Source: an uncultured Desulfobacteraceae bacterium (GTDB lineage: Bacteria; Desulfobacterota; Desulfobacteria; Desulfobacterales; JAABSP01). From it: a stretch of 64,000 bases of DNA. Position 1 is the stretch's first letter. Every line of letters begins with the position of its first letter. The position numbers and the translations under genes are program-made. The DNA is taken from NCBI GenBank assembly GCA_964431545.1, contig CAYSLC010000001.1:44386-108385 (forward strand), written 5' to 3'. Below the pieces are notes generated by a model, which was not told the DNA's origin, ran no database searches, and saw only the letters and a list, made by a program, of their open reading frames with translations. Below are positions 10,069 through 19,257 of the stretch, one piece after another.

Positions 10069-10724
10069 CGGACCTTCCGGAAGAGGGCGTCGTCCAGATC
10101 GGGATTGAGGACCGTCTCCCGGAAGGTGAGCCGGGTATAGGAATCCGCTCCCTCGTAGATGGAGACCGATTCCATGACCCCCGGGGTCTCCGAGAGCTGA
10201 AGCACGATCCGATCGATGATCCGGCCCATGGAGGGCTGCCGGGGGGTGAGGACGATCTCCCCGCCGGCGGAGAGGACGGCCTCGAAGTCGGGGTTCTCAT
10301 TGAACCGCCCCCGGAGCCACCTGGAGATCTCCCCCATCACCACCCGCATCGACTGGAGCCGGGCGGTATCCTCCTCCACCAGGCCCGCCTCGCCCTCGAT
10401 GAATCGTCGAACCCCGCCGTCGGCCATGAGCAGGATCGATCGGACCGGCTCGGTATACTCCCACCGCAGCGCGCCGTCGGTCCGGAAATAAAAGACCCCT
10501 TTGGAGACCAGGGGCCGGGCGAGGATCTTCATGTGTTTCTCCTGGATGAAATCGGCCCGGACGGACCGGATTCCCTCGACCCCCTCCCGGATCTCCTTCC
10601 AGGTGCCGCCCCAACCGAGGCAGAGGAGGGCGGTCGAAAGGAGGGCGCACGCGGCTGCAAGCCGAAGGAACCCCGGGTGTCGGTGGCTGTCGCCGGTCCG
10701 GACCGCCGGCTTTCCCGCCTTCAC
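10065..10724 (-). CDS. LolA-like outer-membrane lipoprotein/lipid carrier protein
   Basis: This is the C-terminal 219 codons of track ORF 10065..11228. A GTG at 10724 overlaps the fabG stop (GTGA). The hydrophobic leader reads FLRLAAACALLSTALLCLG. The body, IRSVRADFIQEKHMKILARPLVSKGVFYFRTDGALRWEYTEP, fits the LolA fold family. The longer track ORF overlaps fabG and is an artefact. Confidence 0.7.
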   Translation of the reverse strand: MKAGKPAVRTGDSHRHPGFLRLAAACALLSTALLCLGWGGTWKEIREGVEGIRSVRADFIQEKHMKILARPLVSKGVFYFRTDGALRWEYTEPVRSILLMADGGVRRFIEGEAGLVEEDTARLQSMRVVMGEISRWLRGRFNENPDFEAVLSAGGEIVLTPRQPSMGRIIDRIVLQLSETPGVMESVSIYEGADSYTRLTFRETVLNPDLDDALFRKVR

Positions 10725-11458
10725 ACCATCCCCCCGTTGACGGAGATCACCTGTCCGGTGACATAGGATGCCTGGTCGGAGCAGAGGAACCGGACCACGG
10801 CGGCCACCTCCTCTGGCCGACCCACCCGCGCCATCGGAATCATCGCCTTGATCTCCTTGACCGGAGCCCCTTCGATCATCTCGGTGTCGATGAGGCCGGG
10901 AGCCACCACGTTGACCCGGATCCCCAGGCGCGCCACCTCGGCGGCCACCGACCGGCTCGCCCCGATCAGGCCGGCCTTGGCGGCGGCATAGTTGGCCTGC
11001 CCCCGGTTGCCCACCAGACCGGCCACCGAGGCGATGGAGACCACCGCCCCCCGTTTCCGGGGGAGCATCGCCTTGAGGACCGGCCGGGTCATGTTGTAGA
11101 ACCCTTTCAGGGTCGTGTCGACCACCCGGTCCCAGTCCGGGGCCTCCATCATGATGAAGAGCTGGTCCGCCGTCACCCCGGCGTTGTTGACCAGGACCTC
11201 CACCGGCGCGGACCGGGAGAGAATCCACTCCAGGGCCCCGGTGCAGGCCGCGGAATCGGAGACGTCGAACCCGGCGGCCGTCCCGTCCCCCCCCGCCTCC
11301 CGGACGAGCCGGAGCGTCTCTTCGGCGGACCCGGCGTCCGACCGGTAGGTGATGATGAGGAAATGCCCAGCCCGGGCCAGGGCCACCGCTATCGCCCGTC
11401 CGATGCCCCTGCCGGCCCCCGTTACGATGGCCGTGGTCCTATCCGACGTCTTCGCCAT
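10721..11458 (-). CDS. fabG: 3-oxoacyl-ACP reductase (SDR)
   Basis: 245 aa. TGAGRGIG cofactor motif, NNAG, the catalytic S..YAAAK triad and a C-terminal VNGGM, as in classical FabG. Confidence 0.9.
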   Translation of the reverse strand: MAKTSDRTTAIVTGAGRGIGRAIAVALARAGHFLIITYRSDAGSAEETLRLVREAGGDGTAAGFDVSDSAACTGALEWILSRSAPVEVLVNNAGVTADQLFIMMEAPDWDRVVDTTLKGFYNMTRPVLKAMLPRKRGAVVSIASVAGLVGNRGQANYAAAKAGLIGASRSVAAEVARLGIRVNVVAPGLIDTEMIEGAPVKEIKAMIPMARVGRPEEVAAVVRFLCSDQASYVTGQVISVNGGMV

Positions 11459-11960
11459 CCGCCTTCTCCTTCTCCCCCCGCATCACCTGGAGGGTCACCG
11501 ATCCGATCACCGCCTCCGGATCGCCGGCCCGGCAGACCCCGTGGATCTCGGTGTAGTTGTCCATGTTGAACCGAATCTCCGCCCGGGTGGTGATCCGGCT
11601 GCCGGCCGGGATCGGGTCCGCCGGAAAAACGGCCGACTTGATTCCCACCAGCCATCCGCTGCCCACGGCGGCTCCCGTCTCCATCAGCTCCTTCCACCCG
11701 ATGGAGACCGCCGCCGACTGGGCCACCAGCTCCACCAGCACCAGGGGGTGGATCCCCGTTTCCGACGCCAGCGGCCAGTTGGGACCGGCCGTCGATTCCG
11801 TTGTGGCCGCGTCCGTCTCCACGCCGAGGATCCGGTCCACCAATTTCATCCGATCCCGGTGGGGAATGAGCCGTTCGATGGGGATGTCGATCACCTCCGC
11901 CTCCCGATGGGAAACGCCCGTTGAAAAACTGTTGAAAACCGATTCCAAAACCGATAACAT
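11439..11960 (-). CDS. hotdog-fold 3-hydroxyacyl-ACP dehydratase-like protein
   Basis: 173 aa. LIPHRDRMKLVDRIL matches the (l)PHR.P..lvD active-site stretch of FabA/ApeI-type dehydratases. It overlaps the fabG start by 20 nt. Confidence 0.7.
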   Translation of the reverse strand: MLSVLESVFNSFSTGVSHREAEVIDIPIERLIPHRDRMKLVDRILGVETDAATTESTAGPNWPLASETGIHPLVLVELVAQSAAVSIGWKELMETGAAVGSGWLVGIKSAVFPADPIPAGSRITTRAEIRFNMDNYTEIHGVCRAGDPEAVIGSVTLQVMRGEKEKADGEDVG

Positions 11961-12073
11961 CCAAGGTCGTTTTTTTTACAATAATTTCTATTTTCTGTAA
12001 AGAAACAACTCGATATTCCGCCCCAGCCGCGGCGGGAACACCCAAATCGTCAAAACAAATCCTGGAAGGATCG
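11961..12073. promoter_or_regulatory. AT-rich divergent promoter region of the lipid cluster
   Basis: A 113-nt gap between divergent operons. It contains the AT-rich stretch ttttttttacaataatttctattttctgtaaagaaacaac in an otherwise GC-rich locus. No specific -35/-10 assignment is made. Confidence 0.4.
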
Positions 12074-12340
12074 ATGGACGCATTACTGGAAGAGCTGAAG
12101 ACCAAAATCATCGAGACCCTCAACCTGATCGACGTGACCCCCGCCGACATCGGGAAGGAGGATCCCCTGGTGGGGGGTAAGCTGGGGATCGACTCCATCG
12201 ATGTCCTCGAACTGGTGATGATGATCGAAAAGGACTACGGGGTCCGGATCGACAACAAGGAGGTGGGGGCGAAGGTCTTTTCCACCCTCGGCTCCATGGC
12301 CCGACACATCGAAGCACACGCATCGGGGCTCCCCAACTGA
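12074..12340 (+). CDS. acyl carrier protein 1
   Basis: 88 aa. It has the phosphopantetheine attachment motif LGIDSIDVLELV (DS motif) and a GGAAGGA RBS. Confidence 0.85.
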   Translation: MDALLEELKTKIIETLNLIDVTPADIGKEDPLVGGKLGIDSIDVLELVMMIEKDYGVRIDNKEVGAKVFSTLGSMARHIEAHASGLPN

Positions 12341-12447
12341 GGGCATCCGGTTCCCGCTGAATCCGCGATATTCTCCCCCAGGCTCCGGTCTTCGCCAAAC
12401 AGGACCGAGGAAGGGCCGGGGGCTGTTTTGCCGAGCTTGAATGCGCT

Positions 12448-13827
12448 ATGAAGGTCCTCCTGGTCTCCGCCAATACCCTCACCGCCCCCTATCCGGTTTA
12501 CCCTCTGGGGCTGGACCATGTGGCCGCCGCCCTCCGTCCGGACCATGCCGTGCGGGTGGCCGATCTCAACCCCCTGGGGGGAAACGGAGCCCTGGGCCGG
12601 GCGGTGGCCGATTTCGCTCCGGACGTGGTGGGGCTCTCCCTGCGCAACATCGACAACACCGACGCCGCAGACCCCCGGAGTTTCGTCGACCGGTACCGGG
12701 AGATTGCGGAGACGGTCCGCCGGAACACCAGCGCCCCCTTGATTCTGGGGGGCAGCGGCTTCACCCTCTTTCCGGCGGAACTGATGAAAGCCCTTTCCGC
12801 CGACTACGGGATCGTGGGGGAGGGGGAGCGGCTGAAACCCTTCCTGGACCGATTGGACCGTGGAAGGGACCCAAAGGGATCGGAAGGACCCGAGGCCTTG
12901 GAGGGGGTGATCGCCGCAGGCGGGCGGAACGGACCCGCGGCACCCTGGAACGGCGCTTTCCACCGGAGGGCGACCCCCGCCGGGGACCAGGTGCGATACT
13001 ATCTGGACCGAGGCGGGATGCTCAACCTTCAGACCAAGCGGGGGTGCCCCTTCCGGTGCGTCTACTGCACCTATCCCCACATCGAGGGGCGTCGAATGCG
13101 GCCCATCCCGCCGGAGGATGTGGCCCGCACCGCCATGGCGCTCCAACGGGCCGGCGCCAGGTACCTGTTTATTACCGATTCGGCCTTCAACGCGGACGAG
13201 GATCACAGCCTGGCGGTGGCCCGGGCTTTCCGGGCCGCCGGGCTGTCCATCCCCTGGGGGGGCTTCTTCATGCCCATCCGGCCGCCGGACGGCTACTATG
13301 CGGACCTGGCGGCGGCGGGATTGTCCCATGTGGAGTTCGGCACCGAATCGCTTTCGGACCGGGTCCTGGAATCTTACGGAAAGCCCTTCAAGACCGCGGA
13401 CGCCCTGGCGGCCCACCGGCAAAGCGTGGCCGCCGGTATCCCCGTGGCCCATTACCTGCTGCCGGGGGGACCGGGGGAGACCCCCGAGACCTTGGAGAAG
13501 ACGCTTTCCACCGTTGACAAACTGGCGGGAGCCGTCCTATTTTTCTTCTGTGGAATGCGGATCTATCCACACACGAAACTCTATGAAATCGCTTTGAAAG
13601 AGGGCCGGATATCCTCCGACCGGGATCTTCTGGCCCCGGTCTTCTATGCCTCTCCGGCCATCTCTTCATCCGAGATCATGGGCCGGATCCGGGAGAAGGC
13701 CCGGGGTCGGGCCAACTGGATCTTCGGCGCCGGAGGGGAGGAGACCGCCCGGATCCTGGCGCGGCTTTACGAGCGGGGGTATACCGGCCCGCTGTGGGAG
13801 CAGTTGATCCCCGGGGCGGGGGCCTGA
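12448..13827 (+). CDS. B12-binding-domain radical SAM protein (lipid-biosynthesis type)
   Basis: 459 aa. The N-terminal B12-like domain reads MKVLLVSAN..VVGLSLRN..ILGGSG. The cluster motif is KRGCPFRCVYC. It sits directly between an ACP and a FabZ-like gene. Confidence 0.85.
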   Translation: MKVLLVSANTLTAPYPVYPLGLDHVAAALRPDHAVRVADLNPLGGNGALGRAVADFAPDVVGLSLRNIDNTDAADPRSFVDRYREIAETVRRNTSAPLILGGSGFTLFPAELMKALSADYGIVGEGERLKPFLDRLDRGRDPKGSEGPEALEGVIAAGGRNGPAAPWNGAFHRRATPAGDQVRYYLDRGGMLNLQTKRGCPFRCVYCTYPHIEGRRMRPIPPEDVARTAMALQRAGARYLFITDSAFNADEDHSLAVARAFRAAGLSIPWGGFFMPIRPPDGYYADLAAAGLSHVEFGTESLSDRVLESYGKPFKTADALAAHRQSVAAGIPVAHYLLPGGPGETPETLEKTLSTVDKLAGAVLFFFCGMRIYPHTKLYEIALKEGRISSDRDLLAPVFYASPAISSSEIMGRIREKARGRANWIFGAGGEETARILARLYERGYTGPLWEQLIPGAGA

Positions 13828-14213
13828 TGGGGACCGCGCCCGGACCGGACGATCCGTGGGTACGGGTCCGGGATCTCCGCCCCGAGGGGCCGGACCGCTG
13901 GCGGGCCACGGCCACCGTGGAACCGGACTCCCCCTGGTTTACCGGACACTTTCCCGGGGATCCGATCCTGCCGGGGATCGCCCAGCTCGCCCTGGTCCAC
14001 GCCGTGGTCGGAACGGTCGTGCCCGGCGGGGCGAGCATCACCGGGCTCCGGCGGGTCCGGTTCAAACAGGTTCTCCGGCCGCCCATGGCGTTGGCGATCC
14101 GGATCCGGCGAGAGGCGGGCGGGAACGGTCCGTTCTGGGCCTTCCAGATCGAATGCGGCGGCGGTGTCGCCTGCACCGGCTCGATGACGGCGGAGCCGAG
14201 AATGGAAAGATAA
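13827..14213 (+). CDS. FabZ-like 3-hydroxyacyl-ACP dehydratase
   Basis: An ATG at 13827 overlaps the upstream stop (TGATG). The motif PWFTGHFPGDPILPGIAQLALV is the FabZ HFPxxPxxPG active-site signature. Confidence 0.8.
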   Translation: MGTAPGPDDPWVRVRDLRPEGPDRWRATATVEPDSPWFTGHFPGDPILPGIAQLALVHAVVGTVVPGGASITGLRRVRFKQVLRPPMALAIRIRREAGGNGPFWAFQIECGGGVACTGSMTAEPRMER

Positions 14214-14314
14214 CCTTCCGGGGCGTTCAGGGAAAGGATCCGACGATCCAGCCCCTGTGTCCGGAAGCGTCGACATCGGTACCAATCGTTTACAGTAGAG
14301 GAGAGCACAGGACA

Positions 14315-14578
14315 ATGGCGATGGACATCGAGAAGATCATGCGTCGCGTGTCGGAGGTGATGATCGAGGAACTCAAGCTGGAGGACGTGACGCCCGACAC
14401 CTTCGACCCGGACGTGGACCTGGTGGATGAGGTCGGCATCGACAGCATGGACCTGGCGACCGTCGCCCTGGTGCTCCAGGATGAATACACCATCCGGATC
14501 GACGAGGATGACTATCCAAAACTGACCACCGTCCGGCGGATCGCCCAATACATCCAGGGAAAACTGACGGAGGCCTAA
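14315..14578 (+). CDS. acyl carrier protein 2
   Basis: An ATG at 14315 follows agaggagag, inside track ORF 13856..14578. The attachment motif is VGIDSMDLATVALVL. 87 aa. Confidence 0.8.
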   Translation: MAMDIEKIMRRVSEVMIEELKLEDVTPDTFDPDVDLVDEVGIDSMDLATVALVLQDEYTIRIDEDDYPKLTTVRRIAQYIQGKLTEA

Positions 14579-14580
14579 TC

Positions 14581-15681
14581 GTGGAAGCCACCCAGAAAAG
14601 AGCGGATGCGTCGCCCTCGCGCCCGCGCCGAACGTGGAAGTTCTCCGAGATCCTCGGGGATCCCGAGATCCGGCGGCGGTGGGAGCGGGTCCGGCAATAT
14701 TTCTTTTTGCGGGAATCGACCTACGACATGACCCACCGGTGCAACATCCGGTGCGAGGGGTGCTACTACTATGAGGGGGAGAAGCAGTTCGTCCCCGAGA
14801 ACCGGGAACCGGAGGCCTGGCGCCGTCTCATGGCGGCGGAGAAGGAGCGGGGGATCACCTTTGTGGTCCTGGCCGGGGCCGAACCGGCTTTGGTACCGGA
14901 ACTCTGCGAAGTCTGCTACCAGGAGATGCCCCTGGGAACCATCGCCACCAACGGACTCAAGCGGATCCCCGACGCCGTGGGGTACCGGATTCACATCTCC
15001 GTCTGGGGGGACGACGGGACCAGCCGACGGACCCGGGGGGCCGGGAACATGCTGGTTCGGCAGATGGAGAACTACGCCGGAGATCCCCGGGCCGTCTTCG
15101 TCTATACCTTCACCCCCCAGAACATCGACCAGGCCCAGGGGGTGGTGGAGACCCTGGCCGGCAACGGCTGCCGGGTGACCTTCAACATGTTCTCCGCGCC
15201 GGTGGGCTACGCCGGGGGGCTTCGCCACACCGACCGGTCCCTGGTCCGGACCCGGAATACCATGCTCTCCCTGCTGGATGCGTATCCGGACACGGTCCTC
15301 TTCTCCCCGTACAGCGCCGTGGCCCACACCCACCGGCACGGCCTCCATCGGCTCTACGGCTGCTCCTATCCGCGGATGAACCCGTCCACGGACGTGGGGC
15401 TCGGCCGCTCTTTCCGCCAGTACCGGACCGATCTGACCTGGGACCGGGGGGCCTCCTGCTGCGTTCCGGACACCGATTGCGAGGACTGTCGCCATTATGC
15501 CGCCGGCAGCGCCGTGGTCACCGCCCGCCTCTTCCGCCACGCGGTGGACCCGGATACCTTCCGGGGGTGGCTCGACTACGTGGATACCTACCTGGCGGTG
15601 TGGGTGACGGGATACGGGAAAGGGGAAAACCTCTCCCGCCGGCCCGTCCCGCCCCCGGGCCACGGGCTCGCGGAGGCGTGA
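14581..15681 (+). CDS. radical SAM protein (no B12 domain) with C-terminal Cys-rich auxiliary motif
   Basis: A GTG start lies 2 nt after the ACP2 stop. The cluster motif is THRCNIRCEGC. The C-terminal motif is SCCVPDTDCEDCRH. Confidence 0.8.
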   Translation: MEATQKRADASPSRPRRTWKFSEILGDPEIRRRWERVRQYFFLRESTYDMTHRCNIRCEGCYYYEGEKQFVPENREPEAWRRLMAAEKERGITFVVLAGAEPALVPELCEVCYQEMPLGTIATNGLKRIPDAVGYRIHISVWGDDGTSRRTRGAGNMLVRQMENYAGDPRAVFVYTFTPQNIDQAQGVVETLAGNGCRVTFNMFSAPVGYAGGLRHTDRSLVRTRNTMLSLLDAYPDTVLFSPYSAVAHTHRHGLHRLYGCSYPRMNPSTDVGLGRSFRQYRTDLTWDRGASCCVPDTDCEDCRHYAAGSAVVTARLFRHAVDPDTFRGWLDYVDTYLAVWVTGYGKGENLSRRPVPPPGHGLAEA

Positions 15682-15697
15682 AGGAGGATTTTCACCC

Positions 15698-16696
15698 ATG
15701 AAGACCGTCAGTTCGCTGCTCGATGCCCACTGGTATGATCGGTACAAACGGATCTCCAGGCTCAACATCCGAAGCTCCATCTACGACGTGACCAACCGGT
15801 GCAATCTCCGGTGCAAGGGGTGTTTCTTTTTCTCCTCCGGGGAGGACAAAGCCGCTTATGAAGAGATGGACCTCGGCGCATGGGAGCGGTTCATCGAAAA
15901 GGAGAAAGCCCGGGGCGTGAACCTGGCGATCCTGATCGGGGGCGAACCCACCCTCTGCCTCGACCGGGTGGAGGCGTTCTACAGGCGGCTGCCCACCTTC
16001 TGCGCCACCAACGGCCTGATCAAGGTGGATCGGGACCGATTTCCGGACATGATGGTGGGCATCTCGCTGTGGGGGGATGAGTCGGACGAGAAGCTTCTGC
16101 GGGGCAAGGACACTTTCGCGATCTCCAGCAAACATTACCAGGGGGATCCCCACGCATACTATCTTTACACCATCACCCCCCGGCAGATCGGCAAGACCGA
16201 GCGGATCGTCCGGAAGATCCGTGACGCGGGCCTCAAGGTTCACATGCAGCTTCTCTCCAACGACGAGGGCGTGGACGGCTTCAACTGGCGGGCCGACGAA
16301 CTCTCGGCCATCCGGGAGGAGATGGACGACATGCTCGACCGGTACCCGGAGACGGTGATCTCCTCCAAATACTACCATGAGATCATCACCACCGGAAAGA
16401 TGGTGGGGCGGACCTTCGGCTGGACCGAATGTCCGTCGGTGACCGAGCCCCTGGACACGCGGAACCCCCGTCCCAAGCGGCTGATCCACTTCATCCGGTG
16501 GGCCTCGGACCTTGAAACCATGCACCGGTGCTGCACCTCGGAGACCCGGGACTGCGCCACCTGCAAGGACGGCGCGGCCCACATGAGCTGGGTGATGGTC
16601 AACAAGCGGGCTCACATCCGGACGCCCCAGGACCTCCGGAACTGGATCGAAGTCTACGAGATGTTCGCCAAGCTCTACCAGTTCATCCCGTGGTGA
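15698..16696 (+). CDS. radical SAM protein, paralogue of 14581..15681
   Basis: AAGGAGGA RBS. Cluster motif TNRCNLRCKGC. C-terminal motif HRCCTSETRDCATCKD. The order of blocks is collinear with the upstream gene. Confidence 0.8.
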   Translation: MKTVSSLLDAHWYDRYKRISRLNIRSSIYDVTNRCNLRCKGCFFFSSGEDKAAYEEMDLGAWERFIEKEKARGVNLAILIGGEPTLCLDRVEAFYRRLPTFCATNGLIKVDRDRFPDMMVGISLWGDESDEKLLRGKDTFAISSKHYQGDPHAYYLYTITPRQIGKTERIVRKIRDAGLKVHMQLLSNDEGVDGFNWRADELSAIREEMDDMLDRYPETVISSKYYHEIITTGKMVGRTFGWTECPSVTEPLDTRNPRPKRLIHFIRWASDLETMHRCCTSETRDCATCKDGAAHMSWVMVNKRAHIRTPQDLRNWIEVYEMFAKLYQFIPW

Positions 16697-17955
16697 ACCG
16701 CGCCGATCCCCGGAGGGCGGTGGTCCTGGGGTGGGACGGGGTCTCGCCCCTGGGGACCGATATGGACGATCAGTGGGCGAGGGCCGCCCGTGGGGAGAGC
16801 GGGGTGGGCCCCCTGACCCGGTTTCCCCTCGACGGCGGCTTCCCGGTCCGGGTGGCGGGGCAGGTGGCCGAAATCGACGCCGCGCCGTACCCCTTTCTCA
16901 AACCCCGGGCCCTGGCGCTGTGGCCCTCCCCCATCTTCAAACATGCCCTGATCACGGTCCACCGGGCCCTGGAACGAAGCGGCCTCGCCATCACCCCCGA
17001 ACTGGCCCCGCGGACCGCCGTCACTTACAGCTCCGCCGTGGGAGGGCTGGACGCCGTCCTGGACGCCGACCGGCGTCTGACCGGCGAAGGGAAGCTCCCG
17101 GCCCCGTACGCCAATCCCAACGCCTGCATCAACATGGTGGGGGGCAAGGTGGCCATCCTGACCGGCGCCACCGGGCCGATCACCGCCACGGTCACCGCCT
17201 GCGCCACCGGGGCCACCTCCATTGCCGCGGGGGCCCTGCTCCTTGAGGCCGGCCGGGCGGACGTGGCCATCTGCGGGGCCGTCGACTTCCCCCTGGTGGC
17301 CCCCATCGTGGGGGGCTTCGCCACCATGAATGCGGCCTACGTCCACAAAGACGGCGACGAGGATCCGCGACGGGCCAGCCGTCCCTTTTCCGTGGACCGG
17401 CGGGGATTCGTCATCTCCGAGGGGGCCGGCGCCGTGATCCTGGCGACCCGGGAGTTCGCCCGGACCCACGGTCTCGGCCACCAGATCGAAGTGGCCGGAT
17501 GGTCCATGACCTCCGACGCCCACCACTTCGTGGCCCCCAATCCGGATACGGTGATCCGGTGCATGGCCGAGGCCGTCTCCGACGCCGGCATCTCCCCCGG
17601 CGATGTCGACGCCGTCAACACCCACGCCACCGCCACCCGTGTCGGGGACAGAGTGGAATACGACGCTTTGCGCGCCGTGTTCGGGGAAAAGGTGCCGCCG
17701 GCCTCGGCCAACAAGTCGCTGATGGGCCATGCCATGGGCGCCTCCAGTGTGCTGGAATCGATCTGGGCCATGGAGGGGATGCGGCGCTCCCTGGTGCTGC
17801 CCACCATCAACCACACCCCGGATCCGGAGATGGACTTCGACCCGGTGGCGGACGGGGCGGCCCGCCGGCTGGACCAGGAGTTCGTCCTCAAAAACGCCCT
17901 CGGCTTCGGCGGGTGCAACACCTGCATCGTCTTCAGAAGGAGCGGCACCGGATGA
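16693..17955 (+). CDS. beta-ketoacyl-ACP synthase (KAS I/II family), copy 1
   Basis: A GTG at 16693 overlaps the upstream stop (GTGA). The active-site Cys is in TACATGATS and the His pair is in NTHATAT and MGHAMGAS. The earlier part of track ORF 16528.. overlaps the previous gene. Confidence 0.85.
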   Translation: MNRADPRRAVVLGWDGVSPLGTDMDDQWARAARGESGVGPLTRFPLDGGFPVRVAGQVAEIDAAPYPFLKPRALALWPSPIFKHALITVHRALERSGLAITPELAPRTAVTYSSAVGGLDAVLDADRRLTGEGKLPAPYANPNACINMVGGKVAILTGATGPITATVTACATGATSIAAGALLLEAGRADVAICGAVDFPLVAPIVGGFATMNAAYVHKDGDEDPRRASRPFSVDRRGFVISEGAGAVILATREFARTHGLGHQIEVAGWSMTSDAHHFVAPNPDTVIRCMAEAVSDAGISPGDVDAVNTHATATRVGDRVEYDALRAVFGEKVPPASANKSLMGHAMGASSVLESIWAMEGMRRSLVLPTINHTPDPEMDFDPVADGAARRLDQEFVLKNALGFGGCNTCIVFRRSGTG

Positions 17956-19217
17956 GGGCTCCGAAACACCGGCGCGTCTTCGTCATCGGGTACGGGGCCG
18001 CCACCCCCCTGGGCGCCACCTTCGACCGGACCTGGGAACGGGCGGTCCGGGGGGAAGCGGGGTTCCGGCGGGTCACGCGGTGCCGGGTGGACTCTTTGAG
18101 CAACGTGGTGGGGGAGATCCCCGACTGGAACCCCACGGAACAAGATTTCGTGGACCGAAAGGAGGCGTACAACTGGAACGCCGCCTTTGTTCTGCTGACC
18201 ATGGCCGTCTGCCGGGAAGCGCTGGCCCGGTCGGGGCTCGTCATCGATTCGGAGACCGGCCCCCGGACCGCCTGCCTCATCGGCTCCGCGCTCAACGGCA
18301 CCGACGCCTTCCGGGTGGCCATGGACAATTACCGCCTCCGGGGTCCCTTCAAGGTGAGCCCCTATCTGCTGCCCAACCTCTGTGCCAACCTCCCGTCCGG
18401 AAAGGCCGGGATGCTCCTGGGATTCACGGGGCCCATCTTCTCCCCCCAGGGGGCGTGCGCCTCGGGGAACCACGCCATCGGCATCGGGGCGCGGATGATC
18501 CGGGACGGGGACTGCGACTTCGCCCTGGCCGGTGGGATCGACACCTGTTTGATGCCGGAGATCATCCACGGCTTCGCCAACATGAACGCCACCGTCAAGA
18601 TCGTGGAAGGGGACCGGGCCTTCGATGATCCGTCCCGGGCGTGCCGCCCCTTCAGCATCGACCGGCGGGGGATGGTCCTCTCCGAAGGCGCCGGGGTGGT
18701 GGTGCTGGCGGCCGACGAGGCGGTGGCCGCCCACGGGCTCGAGCCCAAGGCCGAGGTCCTGGGGATCGGCTGGACCTCCGACGCCCACCACTTCACCCTG
18801 CCCAACCCGAAGACCATCATCCGGGCCATCCGGGAGGCGGTGTGGGACGCCGAAATCCGGCCCGGAGACATCGATGCCGTCAACGCCCACGGCACTTCGA
18901 CGCCGAAAGGGGACCGCACCGAGATCGAGTGTCTGCGGACCATCTTCGGCGCCGACCTCTCCCGCATGGCGGTGACCTCCAACAAGTCCCAGATCGGCCA
19001 CACCCTGGGGGCCGCCGCCGCCATCGAGGCGGCCCTCGCCATCGAGGGGATGCGCCGGGGCATCCTCCTGCCCACGGTCAACCACATCCCCGACCCCGAG
19101 CTGGCCGACGTGGACGTGGTGCCCAACGTCGCCCGGCCGCGGACCCACGAGCTGGTCCTCTCCAACGCCTTCGGGTTCGGCGGCACCAACTGCTGCGTCA
19201 TCTTCCGGGGGGCGTGA
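17952..19217 (+). CDS. beta-ketoacyl-ACP synthase (KAS I/II family), copy 2
   Basis: An ATG at 17952 overlaps the upstream stop (ATGA). The Cys is in GACASGNHA and the His pair is in NAHGTSTP and IGHTLGAA. Both copies retain the Cys-His-His triad, so neither is a CLF-type partner. Confidence 0.85.
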   Translation: MRAPKHRRVFVIGYGAATPLGATFDRTWERAVRGEAGFRRVTRCRVDSLSNVVGEIPDWNPTEQDFVDRKEAYNWNAAFVLLTMAVCREALARSGLVIDSETGPRTACLIGSALNGTDAFRVAMDNYRLRGPFKVSPYLLPNLCANLPSGKAGMLLGFTGPIFSPQGACASGNHAIGIGARMIRDGDCDFALAGGIDTCLMPEIIHGFANMNATVKIVEGDRAFDDPSRACRPFSIDRRGMVLSEGAGVVVLAADEAVAAHGLEPKAEVLGIGWTSDAHHFTLPNPKTIIRAIREAVWDAEIRPGDIDAVNAHGTSTPKGDRTEIECLRTIFGADLSRMAVTSNKSQIGHTLGAAAAIEAALAIEGMRRGILLPTVNHIPDPELADVDVVPNVARPRTHELVLSNAFGFGGTNCCVIFRGA

Positions 19218-19257
19218 GCGTGGAGGCGGCCGGAGGCGGTCGGGGGCCGGGGCTTTC

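Noticed and set aside
10725-11228. N-terminal 168 codons of track ORF 10065..11228
   Set aside because: They fully overlap fabG in another frame. The LolA-like similarity and a hydrophobic leader begin only after the GTG at 10724.
11961-12447. Search for a cobalamin riboswitch (B12 box) upstream of the B12-dependent radical-SAM genes, also upstream of 9370 and 55513
   Set aside because: I could find no GCCACTG-type B12 box or matching multi-stem architecture by eye. This needs an Infernal scan to be definitive.
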